This document shows positions 39,301-46,196 of a stretch of DNA of 58,197 nt, one piece after another. Position 1 is the stretch's first letter; every line of letters starts with the position of its first letter. Both the position numbers and the translations under genes were made by a program. The stretch comes from Patescibacteria group bacterium (GTDB lineage Bacteria > Patescibacteriota > Patescibacteriia > UBA1558 > GWA2-36-10). Location of the stretch: positions 1-58,197 of the forward strand of contig JBAYIQ010000005.1 of the NCBI GenBank assembly GCA_041665545.1, in the 5' to 3' direction. Below the pieces are notes generated by a model. That model was given only the letters and a program-made list of their open reading frames with translations, was not told where the DNA came from and searched no databases.

Positions 39301-42300
39301 CAGCGACAGCTATGTTATCCAGTGGCTGCCAATTACCCACTACATTATCCTTGACATCTACCCAAGTATTGCCAGCATCAGCGGAATTGTTACCCAAGAA
39401 ACCCGTGTCAATATTACCATCAATATCTACAGCTAAGTCGCTTTTCATGGTCCGAAAAGCGTCTGAGCCAGCAACATAAAGATTTGTACGCCCGGCGCGA
39501 GCATTTTGTTGAGTAGCCGTAATAGCGCCAGTCATAGTATAAATACCCGCTCGCCTATCAGCTCCAGTAGGTAATTCGGTAGCTGGTCCCTTGGCCACAA
39601 AAGCACTTTGCCCCGTAGTATAGCCCACAACCAAGTTGGCTGTGACCGTAAGCGTTGTCGCATTTTCAACAGCCGCTACTATTCTAGTTGTGGGTAAAGA
39701 ATCATTATCGTCAATTATAATAGTATCACCGGGGTTAAAACCAGTAGTAGAAATTACTGTCAAAGTAGCGCTAACGGCTGTGTCAGCATTTAAATTTGTA
39801 TTGACTGCTGGACTAACATTATCCCAATATATATCTACCAGAGACGAAGCGGGAATAGCCGCTCCACTTTGACCAAAGGCCACTGAAGCATCGGAATCTA
39901 CTAATATTTTGCCAGGGATAGTCAGGCGATAATGCTTGTTAGCACTGGTATCAACATTTAGCTTGGAACCGGGGCAAACAACCGCTGATATCCAACCGCC
40001 ATTTTGTGAATAAGCCGAGTAGTTGGTACGCGTGCCTGCACCATCATTGATGGCATCACCTGACTTACCGGTGTAAGCCATAGCCGCGTCCCAATCACGA
40101 TCTATTGTTACCACGTGCTCTTGTTTGCTAGACCAGTTAAGATCATTTGTTAAAGCCGAGGCATCACCCGTATCTGGATCAGCTTTTCCATTACCAACTA
40201 TTATAAGATCACCATCAGCTGGGGCTGCGGTATTACCCGTACCGTAGGCCACAAAGAAAATGTGTCTATTGCTTAAAAAAGGATAACGAACAAGCGAAGT
40301 TGCCAAAGCTTCCATTTTAGCATAAAACAACAACACGGATGTGGTGCGCGCTAAAAGAGTTGTAGTGCCTGCTGGATTTTGAGTATGATTAAATGTGGTC
40401 CATTTCATTACCGCACCATCAGCCGGAGTACTAACGGACATGTTAGCTGAAATTTCAGCTATCTGAGCATTATCTGCTGTGTTATAACCAGTGACAAAAG
40501 CTGCGTCCAAAATAAGTGATGGCCCACCGCCACAATTAACATCTGTGCCATTTACTGTCGAAATAAAGCGAGTAACAACGACATTGGAATTATTATCCCA
40601 AATCGCGACACTGGGCGAAGTACCAACAGCCGCGGTAAATCCAGCAATACTAGCCACGCAGACTCTAGTAGTGGCTGTAGAATTTGCTGTCAATGTGGTT
40701 ATGGCTCCCTGGACTATTCTTTGTTTCCACGTAGCTTGCGCTATACTAGCATTTTTATCAGTAGTAAAACCAATCACTGTGGCGGCTGTGGTGATAATAG
40801 AAGCACCGCCCGAACAATTAGAATCAACCTCATTTACTGAAGCTACGGTTAAGGAAACAGTGGTTGTATTGGAATCCCACAAGTTTATTGTTTGATTAGC
40901 AGCAAAACCAGTTATTGAAGCCACACACAACCTAGTTGTCGCCGTAGAATTAGCAGTCAGGGTAGTAAATGGTACTCCATCGTTGACCCAGGAAGCTGCT
41001 GTACCACCAGTGGCTGGGGTAGTTAATTTTCTACTTTGGGTACCGGAAACAGAACCAGCCAATGTCCAATTTGAGCTGGCCGAAGAATAAGTGGCAGTCC
41101 AGTGTTGATTTTCGGTACGCCTTACTGTCGGCATACCAGTACCAGCTGCTGAGTTGCCAGCTACCATAGCGGTAAGCAAACCAGCAGCGCTAGAATTACC
41201 GGTCAAAACCAAAGGCATATTCACGGTTGGAGCGCTGGCGCCAGCAATATCAGTAACACCAATGGTTCTCAATGTGCCATCAACTGTAGGAAAATTACCA
41301 TAAGGAGCATTAGCGGCCCAAGTACCAAAAACAGGAGCGCCAGCGCCAAAGTTGCTAATACGAATACCGTAATGTTTGGTGGTCAATACACCCACTGCTG
41401 GATCAAAACGAAAATCAATCATAGCATGCCCAAAATTTCCTGGCGTCAAGTTTTCACCAGACAAGGCCTGATTGAACTGCCAAATAGTTTTGCGCAACAC
41501 TATTGTATCGTCTGGGTAGTTGTAAGCACCCTGAGTGCCGGTAACATATCCCGTGCAAGAGGTAGTGCAACTAGCTGTCGGAAACTCCAAAAGCTCAACC
41601 AAAATATCCGGATTTGATAAAGAAGTAGCCGTCGGATTTTCCATGGATAACATAATGCCAGACAAATCAGCGCTGGCATTGGGTTTGAAACCAATAAACT
41701 GTGAGGTGGCCAAAGTAGCATTGGCTGCCAAGGCCAAATACCCAATTGCCTGTCCACCAGCACTACCATCAGTCGTGCCACCAGGATTGATTGGGTTAAA
41801 ATTGCCAGACTCAGCATCACCGTTGACGCCGTCGCCAGAATAAGCCAAAGCCGTCAGCCAATTTGAACCACTTAAAGTGGTAGTTTGCCCAGAAACTTTT
41901 ACCAAGCCAGTGAAAGTAGCAGCATAAGCTGGTGTCCGATCTCTAAAAAGCCACTCAAAAAGTGGAGTTAAAGAAGCCACACCTAGTGTGGAAATAACCA
42001 AAAAGAAAATCATCCAGCCAGCCATCGCTCGCCTCAACAACAATTGATTTGGCTCCCTGAGTAATTTCTTAAAATCACCAAAACCAATGACCGGTGACAT
42101 GGCCTCCTGAACTTCGCGTCCTTTGGGTAATATCTTTTTTTCGTATGTTTGAGGAATATATTTAATAAATGGCTTAGCTAGCCACAACATAAACAATTTA
42201 AATTCTTTAACCCTAAAGTTAAATTTAATCTTCAGTGACTTGGGACTGGCAAATAAACTAACCGCTTTAGCCCCAAAAAATCCTAAAAATTTGACATAAA

Positions 42301-42745
42301 AAACAATTGTCGCGTACCAGACAATTTTTAATAAATAAAAAATAATTAAATATAGCGCTTTAAAAATATAAAATACCGCTTGAGCCAAGGCATTGGCTAT
42401 AAAACGCATACCTTTTTCTAAAGCTGGGGCTTTTTCTTTGATAAAATAATAAAAACGACTCAAATATTTCCAAGAAAAACGGAAAAAATTTTTCAAAAAT
42501 GGCCCTAAGTCCTCGACAATAAACTCTTTAACCATTGGAGCCAACCATTTTATAAAACGCCAACAATTTTTGAATATAAAAACCAAAACTACTGACAATA
42601 GATAGCCAACTAGCACTAATATTGAACCGACTATCTTAGCTAACCAGACCAATGAATAAAGTATAAATTCTAGAATTTTAATAATTGTTTTTCTGTGGCG
42701 GATAGATGGTTTTAGTCGCCACGAGGGAAGTAGATGTCTATTCAT
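30314..42745 (-). CDS. Giant membrane-anchored surface protein (4143 aa)
   Basis: Uninterrupted 12.4-kb ORF. N-terminal cluster of TM helices, then a Thr/Ser/Gly/Asn-rich ectodomain with parallel beta-helix-like repeats and a LamG/ConA-like segment (DFWFKPS...WYHFRLAWDE...FDGALDEFAIFD). Five ~133-aa tandem repeats follow, then a coiled-coil, two TM helices and a C-terminal SH3b-like domain (GWLNVR...GWYQI...GWV). Confidence 0.8.
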   Translation of the reverse strand: MNRHLLPSWRLKPSIRHRKTIIKILEFILYSLVWLAKIVGSILVLVGYLLSVVLVFIFKNCWRFIKWLAPMVKEFIVEDLGPFLKNFFRFSWKYLSRFYYFIKEKAPALEKGMRFIANALAQAVFYIFKALYLIIFYLLKIVWYATIVFYVKFLGFFGAKAVSLFASPKSLKIKFNFRVKEFKLFMLWLAKPFIKYIPQTYEKKILPKGREVQEAMSPVIGFGDFKKLLREPNQLLLRRAMAGWMIFFLVISTLGVASLTPLFEWLFRDRTPAYAATFTGLVKVSGQTTTLSGSNWLTALAYSGDGVNGDAESGNFNPINPGGTTDGSAGGQAIGYLALAANATLATSQFIGFKPNASADLSGIMLSMENPTATSLSNPDILVELLEFPTASCTTSCTGYVTGTQGAYNYPDDTIVLRKTIWQFNQALSGENLTPGNFGHAMIDFRFDPAVGVLTTKHYGIRISNFGAGAPVFGTWAANAPYGNFPTVDGTLRTIGVTDIAGASAPTVNMPLVLTGNSSAAGLLTAMVAGNSAAGTGMPTVRRTENQHWTATYSSASSNWTLAGSVSGTQSRKLTTPATGGTAASWVNDGVPFTTLTANSTATTRLCVASITGFAANQTINLWDSNTTTVSLTVASVNEVDSNCSGGASIITTAATVIGFTTDKNASIAQATWKQRIVQGAITTLTANSTATTRVCVASIAGFTAAVGTSPSVAIWDNNSNVVVTRFISTVNGTDVNCGGGPSLILDAAFVTGYNTADNAQIAEISANMSVSTPADGAVMKWTTFNHTQNPAGTTTLLARTTSVLLFYAKMEALATSLVRYPFLSNRHIFFVAYGTGNTAAPADGDLIIVGNGKADPDTGDASALTNDLNWSSKQEHVVTIDRDWDAAMAYTGKSGDAINDGAGTRTNYSAYSQNGGWISAVVCPGSKLNVDTSANKHYRLTIPGKILVDSDASVAFGQSGAAIPASSLVDIYWDNVSPAVNTNLNADTAVSATLTVISTTGFNPGDTIIIDDNDSLPTTRIVAAVENATTLTVTANLVVGYTTGQSAFVAKGPATELPTGADRRAGIYTMTGAITATQQNARAGRTNLYVAGSDAFRTMKSDLAVDIDGNIDTGFLGNNSADAGNTWVDVKDNVVGNWQPLDNIAVAGATNQAVDNNFSSLRMGANDDGNQFPVWTGLATAGGRNSLPTPNMEVAEIGTIPLTDIYNNNGTSGFSGNYATTSAWTMFVDGANPTVEADDAIYFGDQGSNMIYSLELNMGVAMDASASLSWQFYNGAGWTSFTPRDAYKYQMRTGHSVPLSANTTINSYTVSVTSGNQANFGVDQVVMIDDNNSDPIYRRISVIAAGVITFTEPVPLGYTTDQTATISRLNGGQWKSFNPSNFLTENGATNNRRILSWTPNDLTGTPAKTTVNGVNAYWVRLKVDSVSSWTTSPTNQTTPMGMSGIERLSSGAITVSSGVQEAKIGAVTPGATYNPNEQYMLEYGNSPGWVEVQRMASTVNVLPSAPYIWHISDGTLNINETNQANIALHNSYGSLSDGDYTIKALVYMDNVEDGSNRKLGLTFRQSIDGNGYAALINKTNAVNTIGLYTTLAGVPTVIGSAFSKAFATSAWYCLKAQAVGTTLNAKFWATTDCDTDPTEGSWDTSQTNATYAGGRFGVYAGAGSAGVGNKVKFDNLSTDLGFSDNFNNTGSWRVTGESAGLIGTAYPSVPFTSSYLNFIIKHKGGWNGVVNPEIGDKIYIGSTAIRNSFGLDSSVPITTGVNTKYEVWDFEWNPTSGKYDVTGSATGAAGTATAGSTYTSPNSEISLRINSGTPTGPKFGARQLLLQDNMRRNTGSWTGQNGIGSAVMIAPAFTLTGSAVPTRYNIEAQSGTITTRQNGTIDFWFKPSYNGYPATSTHPYGMYLLDQANVAQIDTDRLFIRHINTSSSTPEGFLEVGLYAAAAQGTLLRQAFSATAGTWYHFRLAWDETANAKRAWLNGTAFTIGQGSAVGTRGINAGLIKLGNRYDFAAPFDGALDEFAIFDNSISTSATDWGNFTPPTSAWVGGETVGTGYATSTGINIFRASFDAAMNPQEGFVWADYAYGNPAMIFTNGADTGNDRIRVVTYPDRTRIWVDNTGEKYTPSARIKFGSGFLENGTAATLAGWSNNFTFHHKAKRDSTSAPYNSPVLNLKRSIHMWSDEEINATGATVATPIHMGNAFGTVAVGLSGLANLNVSHLSTENQYSNFSIMNNPYTSTLVKPTQTVSKSVFYNYYDRAYTVSAKTQGTNTVGAYFVTTNFGATTLGTGYNATASQNVGIDGSIFMGCRNTNAALTSANGAASFVSGRLYTIANSQFYNNGVTGITSGAVNLNSGVAKMTIANNIFSVNNFGIRLNGNSFLTMSDNVFDGSVSDTVTLNQAGYGAGISVAQTTANVGIMDSGSIFGRGSWNEADISIPANTTTFEAESLMQFTGSNTQLLSPVLFGMADYNNMSRIPEHFYGLTIPGADIRGNYSSSTKDIVNFTTFGNMRTSGLGLNDSTAHTASGYAWRLDSLNPDAPLEYTAKVIGVANQPLAITGYMNINSYYGSTNLPTVTLSGLGMTGANLTWTAQDTANDWQQFVVSGTPTESAIADIKFSVQSAFVAADSGTSEIIDDSLGNYLPIIVEDVDKSWTTNQWVGYKFKDANGKIFDIVKNTAQLLYLKGSGVVPHLLSTTLTNATMGDYIIFRQPSVYIDDMAVLSGTVDTGTLDFHSSGQPVVPWLSTGLTATSIWGAQVGSFADIDGSFGQLLNDRLAIKRGLVNDVAASATVFVTDMTQATSNFYQNQMVVMMSGQNAGIARRISSYNGATKAITVDAAMPYAPAFNDEFIILSYYSSATGGGGATAQEIWEYNVRRLTDATLNSGSLATLADIQALNNISAADVWSAGGRSLSGGVTLSDPAQVWNIASALLSTGGSIGKLIVDNLNATISSRGTSNLTASDVWSEGTRTITSIENDGLAALALEIWTYETRTLTSGDLTAQRVWDTLLTSITTINSIGSLLKTNIDTTISSRASSAEVTAVANSLSNLINNLLVAQKAVDDPSPSTTEFITTLTNANDDFYNDGVLVFTSGSNAGQVRRISNYVGATKKLTITPALSVAPSSSDTFTILASTANASLDAAAIWAYDGRYLSGAALDSGSLATLSNIQSTESTLSGQLNTLINNLIVEQKVVNDAGASDNQFITTLTSNSNDFYNNGVLVFTSGVNAGQARRITDYVGASKQVTVSPALSLAPVNADTFTILAQTANSAVDAAAIWTYGDRYLSGATLDSGSLATLSDIQDTETVLASAISVNSTKLDKIINALIVSETSVNDLAPSTTVFATALTNATNDFYKNNILLFTSGLNIGQARRIMGYNGTTKAITVDPALALAPANADTFTILAQTSNTATLDAASIWAYSGRYLSGADLDSGSLATLSDLQSTETTLGNSIDAVSNSVDLLSNDLIAIRSAVSTAEVSPTISLFGTNLTSAVNDLYAHALLTFTSGQNSGVARRIDDYNGTTKAITVEPDLPFAPASSDAFTILKTLAVPVTKISTIQSDVAGIKDDVTLIKADIALIKTQLDNIEASIATLETSIDNIEVGSGSSTTNNTNVYNVKPEEMFTAMGTISNSIQNINTKLGRLDSDTLSSILSISQENMTDIKYVRNKLADYKAVTTVQRQVVQQATAPIVSTWYTSGSVDLNIMLSNPAKTAQKVPFKIYLPKEAKVEHIMDDGGFNIQYDVQLDTLYAAGEIELAPGASVKKFIKMRDIWQIAENDLTIAKTQANDFYKKLEKNQLSSQALLLKNDIDSKVEKILRTQKENTASPQDKIMTYRENKESFISVQTELDELKSLLSQADASRGFLGALGGIQTISVWGIIIAFVTGFGLLVTILFSMWKHQVAIANGQMALQSHILTGKPLDMEKMNSSGGRRKKKKAAVSKNSPANIASVEAKAKVSTSFLIYIKQFFTRLFKNIRQNKVWLITFVLIFIVLYLLVDKYGILANIRQNLSKYIKTDELRSANNVTVASETDVNKLDNIPVLADNNMAFSFGSESASSTSSSTVPATEDILMKKQVIIKDTPTGWLNVRQEASKETAVVAKVSAGEKYDLLSQVAAQGLEKFGWYQIALTENKVGWVFAEYAEELK
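32200..33650. repeat. Intragenic tandem repeats (~400-bp period, about 4 copies) inside the giant gene
   Basis: Near-identical DNA blocks (...gagtctaaag...cctgataaata...cccaaatag...) recur at about 32450, 32870 and 33255. Corresponds to the FTSGxNxGxxRRIxxYxGxTK...DTFTILA...LDSGSLATLS protein repeats. Confidence 0.7.
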
Positions 42746-42842
42746 AAAAATACAAAAATTTTATTATTTTTTATTTTTTAACTAGCTATATTATAACACA
42801 AAGTAAAAAAATCTCATAATAAATCATCAACATTAATTCTAA

Positions 42843-42866
42843 CAAAAAACCACCGCTAATTGGTGG
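42843..42866 (-). terminator. Rho-independent terminator (ccacc-gctaatt-ggtgg) downstream of the AlkD-like gene
   Basis: Hairpin with A-run on the plus strand (T-run on the minus-strand transcript). Confidence 0.5.
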
Positions 42867-42894
42867 CTAAAAATTGCTAAAATTTATTATAAAA

Positions 42895-44175
42895 TCATGT
42901 TTTTTCTTTGATTCTCCTCTTTATTTTTCTTAATGTTATAAAAACAAAAAACCCAAACCACAAAACAAACAAAATCGCTGATAAATAGAGGGTTAAACCA
43001 TTAAATTTAGCTTGCGATTTTAACCTTTCAACTAAAGCTTGGAAATAATTATTTTTTTCTACCACAAAGTTTAAATTCATCCGCACTTCACTGGCCTCAC
43101 TTTTTGTTAATTGATCAATGGCGGTCACAGCCACAATCTGCCCCTTATAATAGCCAGCTTTCATGTCTAGGGGCATAGTAAACGCTAAATCAATATTTTT
43201 GGCCTTGCCCATTTCTAGGCTGACATTTTTTACATCAATTTTTAAAACATCTTTTTGATCATCGCTAAAATAAGCCGCTAGCTCCACATCTAAATCACGC
43301 TGACCAATGTTAACCAATAATAAATTTTTTATATCCCATATCTCACCCGGCTTGACTGTATGATCAAGATTATAGTCATTTGGTGAAAACATCAACTCTC
43401 CGCTAGCCCACGCCGAAAATGGCAGACCTAGAAAAAACAAGAGAGCAAAAAATTTAAGCAATCGACTGGTGCTATTTTTTTTACCTAGATAATGTTGCCT
43501 CTTTTTTTCTAACAATCTTTCAATCGCATACCTCAACATAGTGCGAGGCATTGTTTTATAATTTTTATCCAAAAAATTAAGCAAAATCTGCTCATCACAG
43601 CGCTTGCCAACTTCTCTCAGCATCCAACCAACGGCTTTCTGGATCAAATCGTGCTTATCGTGTAGCAAAATATTGGCTATTTTTATAGTTTCTTTAGATT
43701 GACAGTAATAAATAAATTGAAAAGTTGCTAAAATAGCTATACGCCTTTGCCAAAGATTTTTGCTTTTGGCTAATTTGTACAAAATATTTTTTGGTTTATC
43801 AGCCAAATAAGCGCCCACTATACGTGGAGCTGTCAAATCTACTAAATCCCAATTATTTATATATTTATAATTTTTTAAATACAAACCAAAAATTTGCTTC
43901 TGTTTTTTGCTATCCCCCTTTTTATATTGTTCAACCAAAATTAATAAAGCGCAAAGGCGTTCTTCATGGATTTTAGAATGCAACAACTCGCTGACTTGCT
44001 TAAGCGGTAAATCAGAGTATTGTTTAGAGACTTTTCTAATGTCGGGCACCACTACGCCAATGAATTTGTCACCCTCGCTGTATTGTCCTTTACCAGTTTT
44101 AAAAAATCTCTGCAAAATTTTGGCTTTGCTCGACTTAGATAATTTTTTTAGGTCTTTTTTAACATTGGCTACCAT
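42895..44175 (-). CDS. AlkD-like DNA alkylation repair (HEAT-repeat glycosylase) domain fused in frame to a C-terminal signal-peptide-bearing TM domain
   Basis: The N-terminal ~235 aa match the DNA-alkylation-repair family. An internal signal-peptide-like LLKFFALLFFLGLPFSAWASG and a terminal TM helix follow. This may be two genes, with a TTG start for the second. Confidence 0.55.
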   Translation of the reverse strand: MVANVKKDLKKLSKSSKAKILQRFFKTGKGQYSEGDKFIGVVVPDIRKVSKQYSDLPLKQVSELLHSKIHEERLCALLILVEQYKKGDSKKQKQIFGLYLKNYKYINNWDLVDLTAPRIVGAYLADKPKNILYKLAKSKNLWQRRIAILATFQFIYYCQSKETIKIANILLHDKHDLIQKAVGWMLREVGKRCDEQILLNFLDKNYKTMPRTMLRYAIERLLEKKRQHYLGKKNSTSRLLKFFALLFFLGLPFSAWASGELMFSPNDYNLDHTVKPGEIWDIKNLLLVNIGQRDLDVELAAYFSDDQKDVLKIDVKNVSLEMGKAKNIDLAFTMPLDMKAGYYKGQIVAVTAIDQLTKSEASEVRMNLNFVVEKNNYFQALVERLKSQAKFNGLTLYLSAILFVLWFGFFVFITLRKIKRRIKEKT

Positions 44176-44216
44176 AAACTAATTTTAACTTAAATTCTAA
44201 ATAAACAAAAGCGACC

Positions 44217-44247
44217 CGCCTCGCCCTGCAGATGCAGTGGCGAGCTG
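44217..44247 (-). terminator. GC-rich imperfect hairpin downstream of the TlpA-CcdA gene
   Basis: ctcgccctgca...tgcagtggcgag. Confidence 0.3.
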
Positions 44248-44267
44248 AGCCGCATCAAAAAATTAAA

Positions 44268-45548
44268 TTAACTACCAAAATTCATTAATACTTCTGGTTT
44301 AAATATCATGAGCAAGCCAATGACCAACATCAAAATGCCACCAATCAATCGCGAAGCTCTGGTGTATTTGGTGGTCAAACCAGTAGCTTGTAAAGTAAAC
44401 ATAGCAATAAAGAAAACAACCAAATCATCCAGCATAAAAAAGAATATGTAGAGTAAAATATAGCCATAATAATGCCAGCCAGTCATATTATTCATGGCTA
44501 GCATCTGAGTATAAACTGCTGGAAAGCCAGCTGAGCATAATAACTCGATCAAATTGACCATAAAAGCCAAGGCCATGATACCAAACAAAGCTAACCAAAA
44601 ATTTTGATGTGAAACGTAACCCTTTAGCTTATCCATGGTTTTCTTTTTTTTCTGAACATCACCAACTTCACAGGATGCGTCTTTGTTTTTGTAAAAATCT
44701 TTGAGACTATAGCCAGCGCCCATTAAGGCAACTAGACCAATCAATATTTTTACCCAAGCTACTACTCCGATAAATAAAAAGATGTTAAGCCAAGCCACCA
44801 TAAATAGAAAATAAACCGCGGCTGAAGCTACTATAAAAGATGAGCCCAATATCCACATCCTTTTCCTGTTTTGCATACCGATCAGCAAGCTGATCAAAAA
44901 AACCAAAGTCCACATAGCGCAGGGATTGAAGCCGTCCAAAGCACCAATGATAATTGTCAAAACTGGCAAAGAAAACTTAGCCATATCAATCTTACCAAAT
45001 ATACCAGCGTCTATTTTTCCAACTGCTTTTGATTTATCTTGCTGGCTGGGATCATCTTTTTTATCAATACTTGCTTCCTCGATTATTTTTAGAGCTGGCA
45101 CTATAGAAGCCACAGAATCCGGACAAATGCCCCCCACACATTCTTTGATTCTGGCTTCTATCTTAGGAGCAGTATAGCTTTCATCAAAACCAGTGAAATA
45201 TTGATCACCAATAATAGTAAAGGGCACGCCGCCAACATTAGCTTGGAGTTTTTTAGCTACTTCAATCATCAAACTAGCATTGCTTTGATGATTCCAGACC
45301 TCAAACCTCTGTATTCTTAAGTCCGGATATTTGGACTCAATGCTTTTCAAAAATACTTCTTCTTTGGCGCAATGCGGACAGCCATCGCCCCAAAATAAGT
45401 ACAAATTTGTTTTAGCTGAGCTGGAACCAGTTATTTCTATACCTTGGTTGTTTGTTTGATTATTCTCAGAGTTGCTAAACTTAACAATCACAAAAAGAAA
45501 TACAACAACTAATAACGCTCCCAAATAAAGATACTTATATTTGCCCAT
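44268..45548 (-). CDS. Thioredoxin-like (CPHC) domain fused to a CcdA/DsbD-type transmembrane thiol-disulfide transporter
   Basis: N-terminal anchor, WGDGCPHCAKEE thioredoxin motif, then a polytopic region with FNPCAMW and a second Cys (CSAGFP). Confidence 0.7.
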   Translation of the reverse strand: MGKYKYLYLGALLVVVFLFVIVKFSNSENNQTNNQGIEITGSSSAKTNLYLFWGDGCPHCAKEEVFLKSIESKYPDLRIQRFEVWNHQSNASLMIEVAKKLQANVGGVPFTIIGDQYFTGFDESYTAPKIEARIKECVGGICPDSVASIVPALKIIEEASIDKKDDPSQQDKSKAVGKIDAGIFGKIDMAKFSLPVLTIIIGALDGFNPCAMWTLVFLISLLIGMQNRKRMWILGSSFIVASAAVYFLFMVAWLNIFLFIGVVAWVKILIGLVALMGAGYSLKDFYKNKDASCEVGDVQKKKKTMDKLKGYVSHQNFWLALFGIMALAFMVNLIELLCSAGFPAVYTQMLAMNNMTGWHYYGYILLYIFFFMLDDLVVFFIAMFTLQATGLTTKYTRASRLIGGILMLVIGLLMIFKPEVLMNFGS

Positions 45549-45605
45549 ATATATTAATTTATTTTATTAAGCTTTTTTATAAAAAATTAAAACTACTAAT
45601 ATTTT

Positions 45606-46079
45606 TTAATCATCTTCTTCCTCATCATCATTGCCAACCACATTAGTATTTTGATTTGTGTTAGCTGGTGGTATGGCCACCGCATCTGTAGAAACAGTTG
45701 ATCCGATTATACCGATCTTGTAACTAGCCAAAATATTGCTAGCATTAGCCGAATGACCCTGAGTAGCAAAGGCAGCGGCAATATCGCCTCCGCAATATTT
45801 AATAATGTTTGATTGCCCACCGGGATGTGATTTTATATATGATGTCACATTATAGACATTATTGCCAGCTGTCACCCAGCAGTCAGAAGCCATATTGTGT
45901 TGGGTTACTATAGCAGTAGTTAGAGTATATGTCACTGGCGCGATATTGGCAGGATTGTTGGTTAATAAATTTCCTAGGTTGGTTAAACTTCCATTATTTT
46001 GTCTTACTAAACTATTAACAAAAAAAATGCTGACTGCTCCCCAAAAGATAAATACCGCTATAATTATTATTTTATTCAT
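45606..46079 (-). CDS. Secreted cytochrome b5-like heme-binding domain protein with acidic C-terminal tail
   Basis: DCWVTAGNNVYNVTSYIKSHPGG...GGDIAAAF (HPGG motif). Signal peptide. C-terminus DDEEEDD. Confidence 0.6.
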   Translation of the reverse strand: MNKIIIIAVFIFWGAVSIFFVNSLVRQNNGSLTNLGNLLTNNPANIAPVTYTLTTAIVTQHNMASDCWVTAGNNVYNVTSYIKSHPGGQSNIIKYCGGDIAAAFATQGHSANASNILASYKIGIIGSTVSTDAVAIPPANTNQNTNVVGNDDEEEDD

Positions 46080-46186
46080 CCGGTTAGAAATTTAAATAAT
46101 TAAACTTTTTATAACTAAAGTAAAATTTTGCTAAATAATTTTTATACATATTTCTAAATATTATCCCGTGAATTTCTAACGGGATG
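46077..46186. repeat. E3: ~110-bp inverted-repeat element (catccggttagaaattt ... aatttctaacgggatg); left arm overlaps the ATG of the cytochrome-b5-like gene
   Basis: Homologous to E2 beyond the inverted repeats. Confidence 0.65.
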
Positions 46187-46196
46187 AATATATTTA

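Noticed and set aside
30453-42000. Dozens of 60-230-aa plus-strand ORFs inside the giant gene
   Set aside because: They are antisense to a continuous 12.4-kb coding frame with clear domain content. They are Ser/Thr/Ala-rich mirror-frame artefacts.
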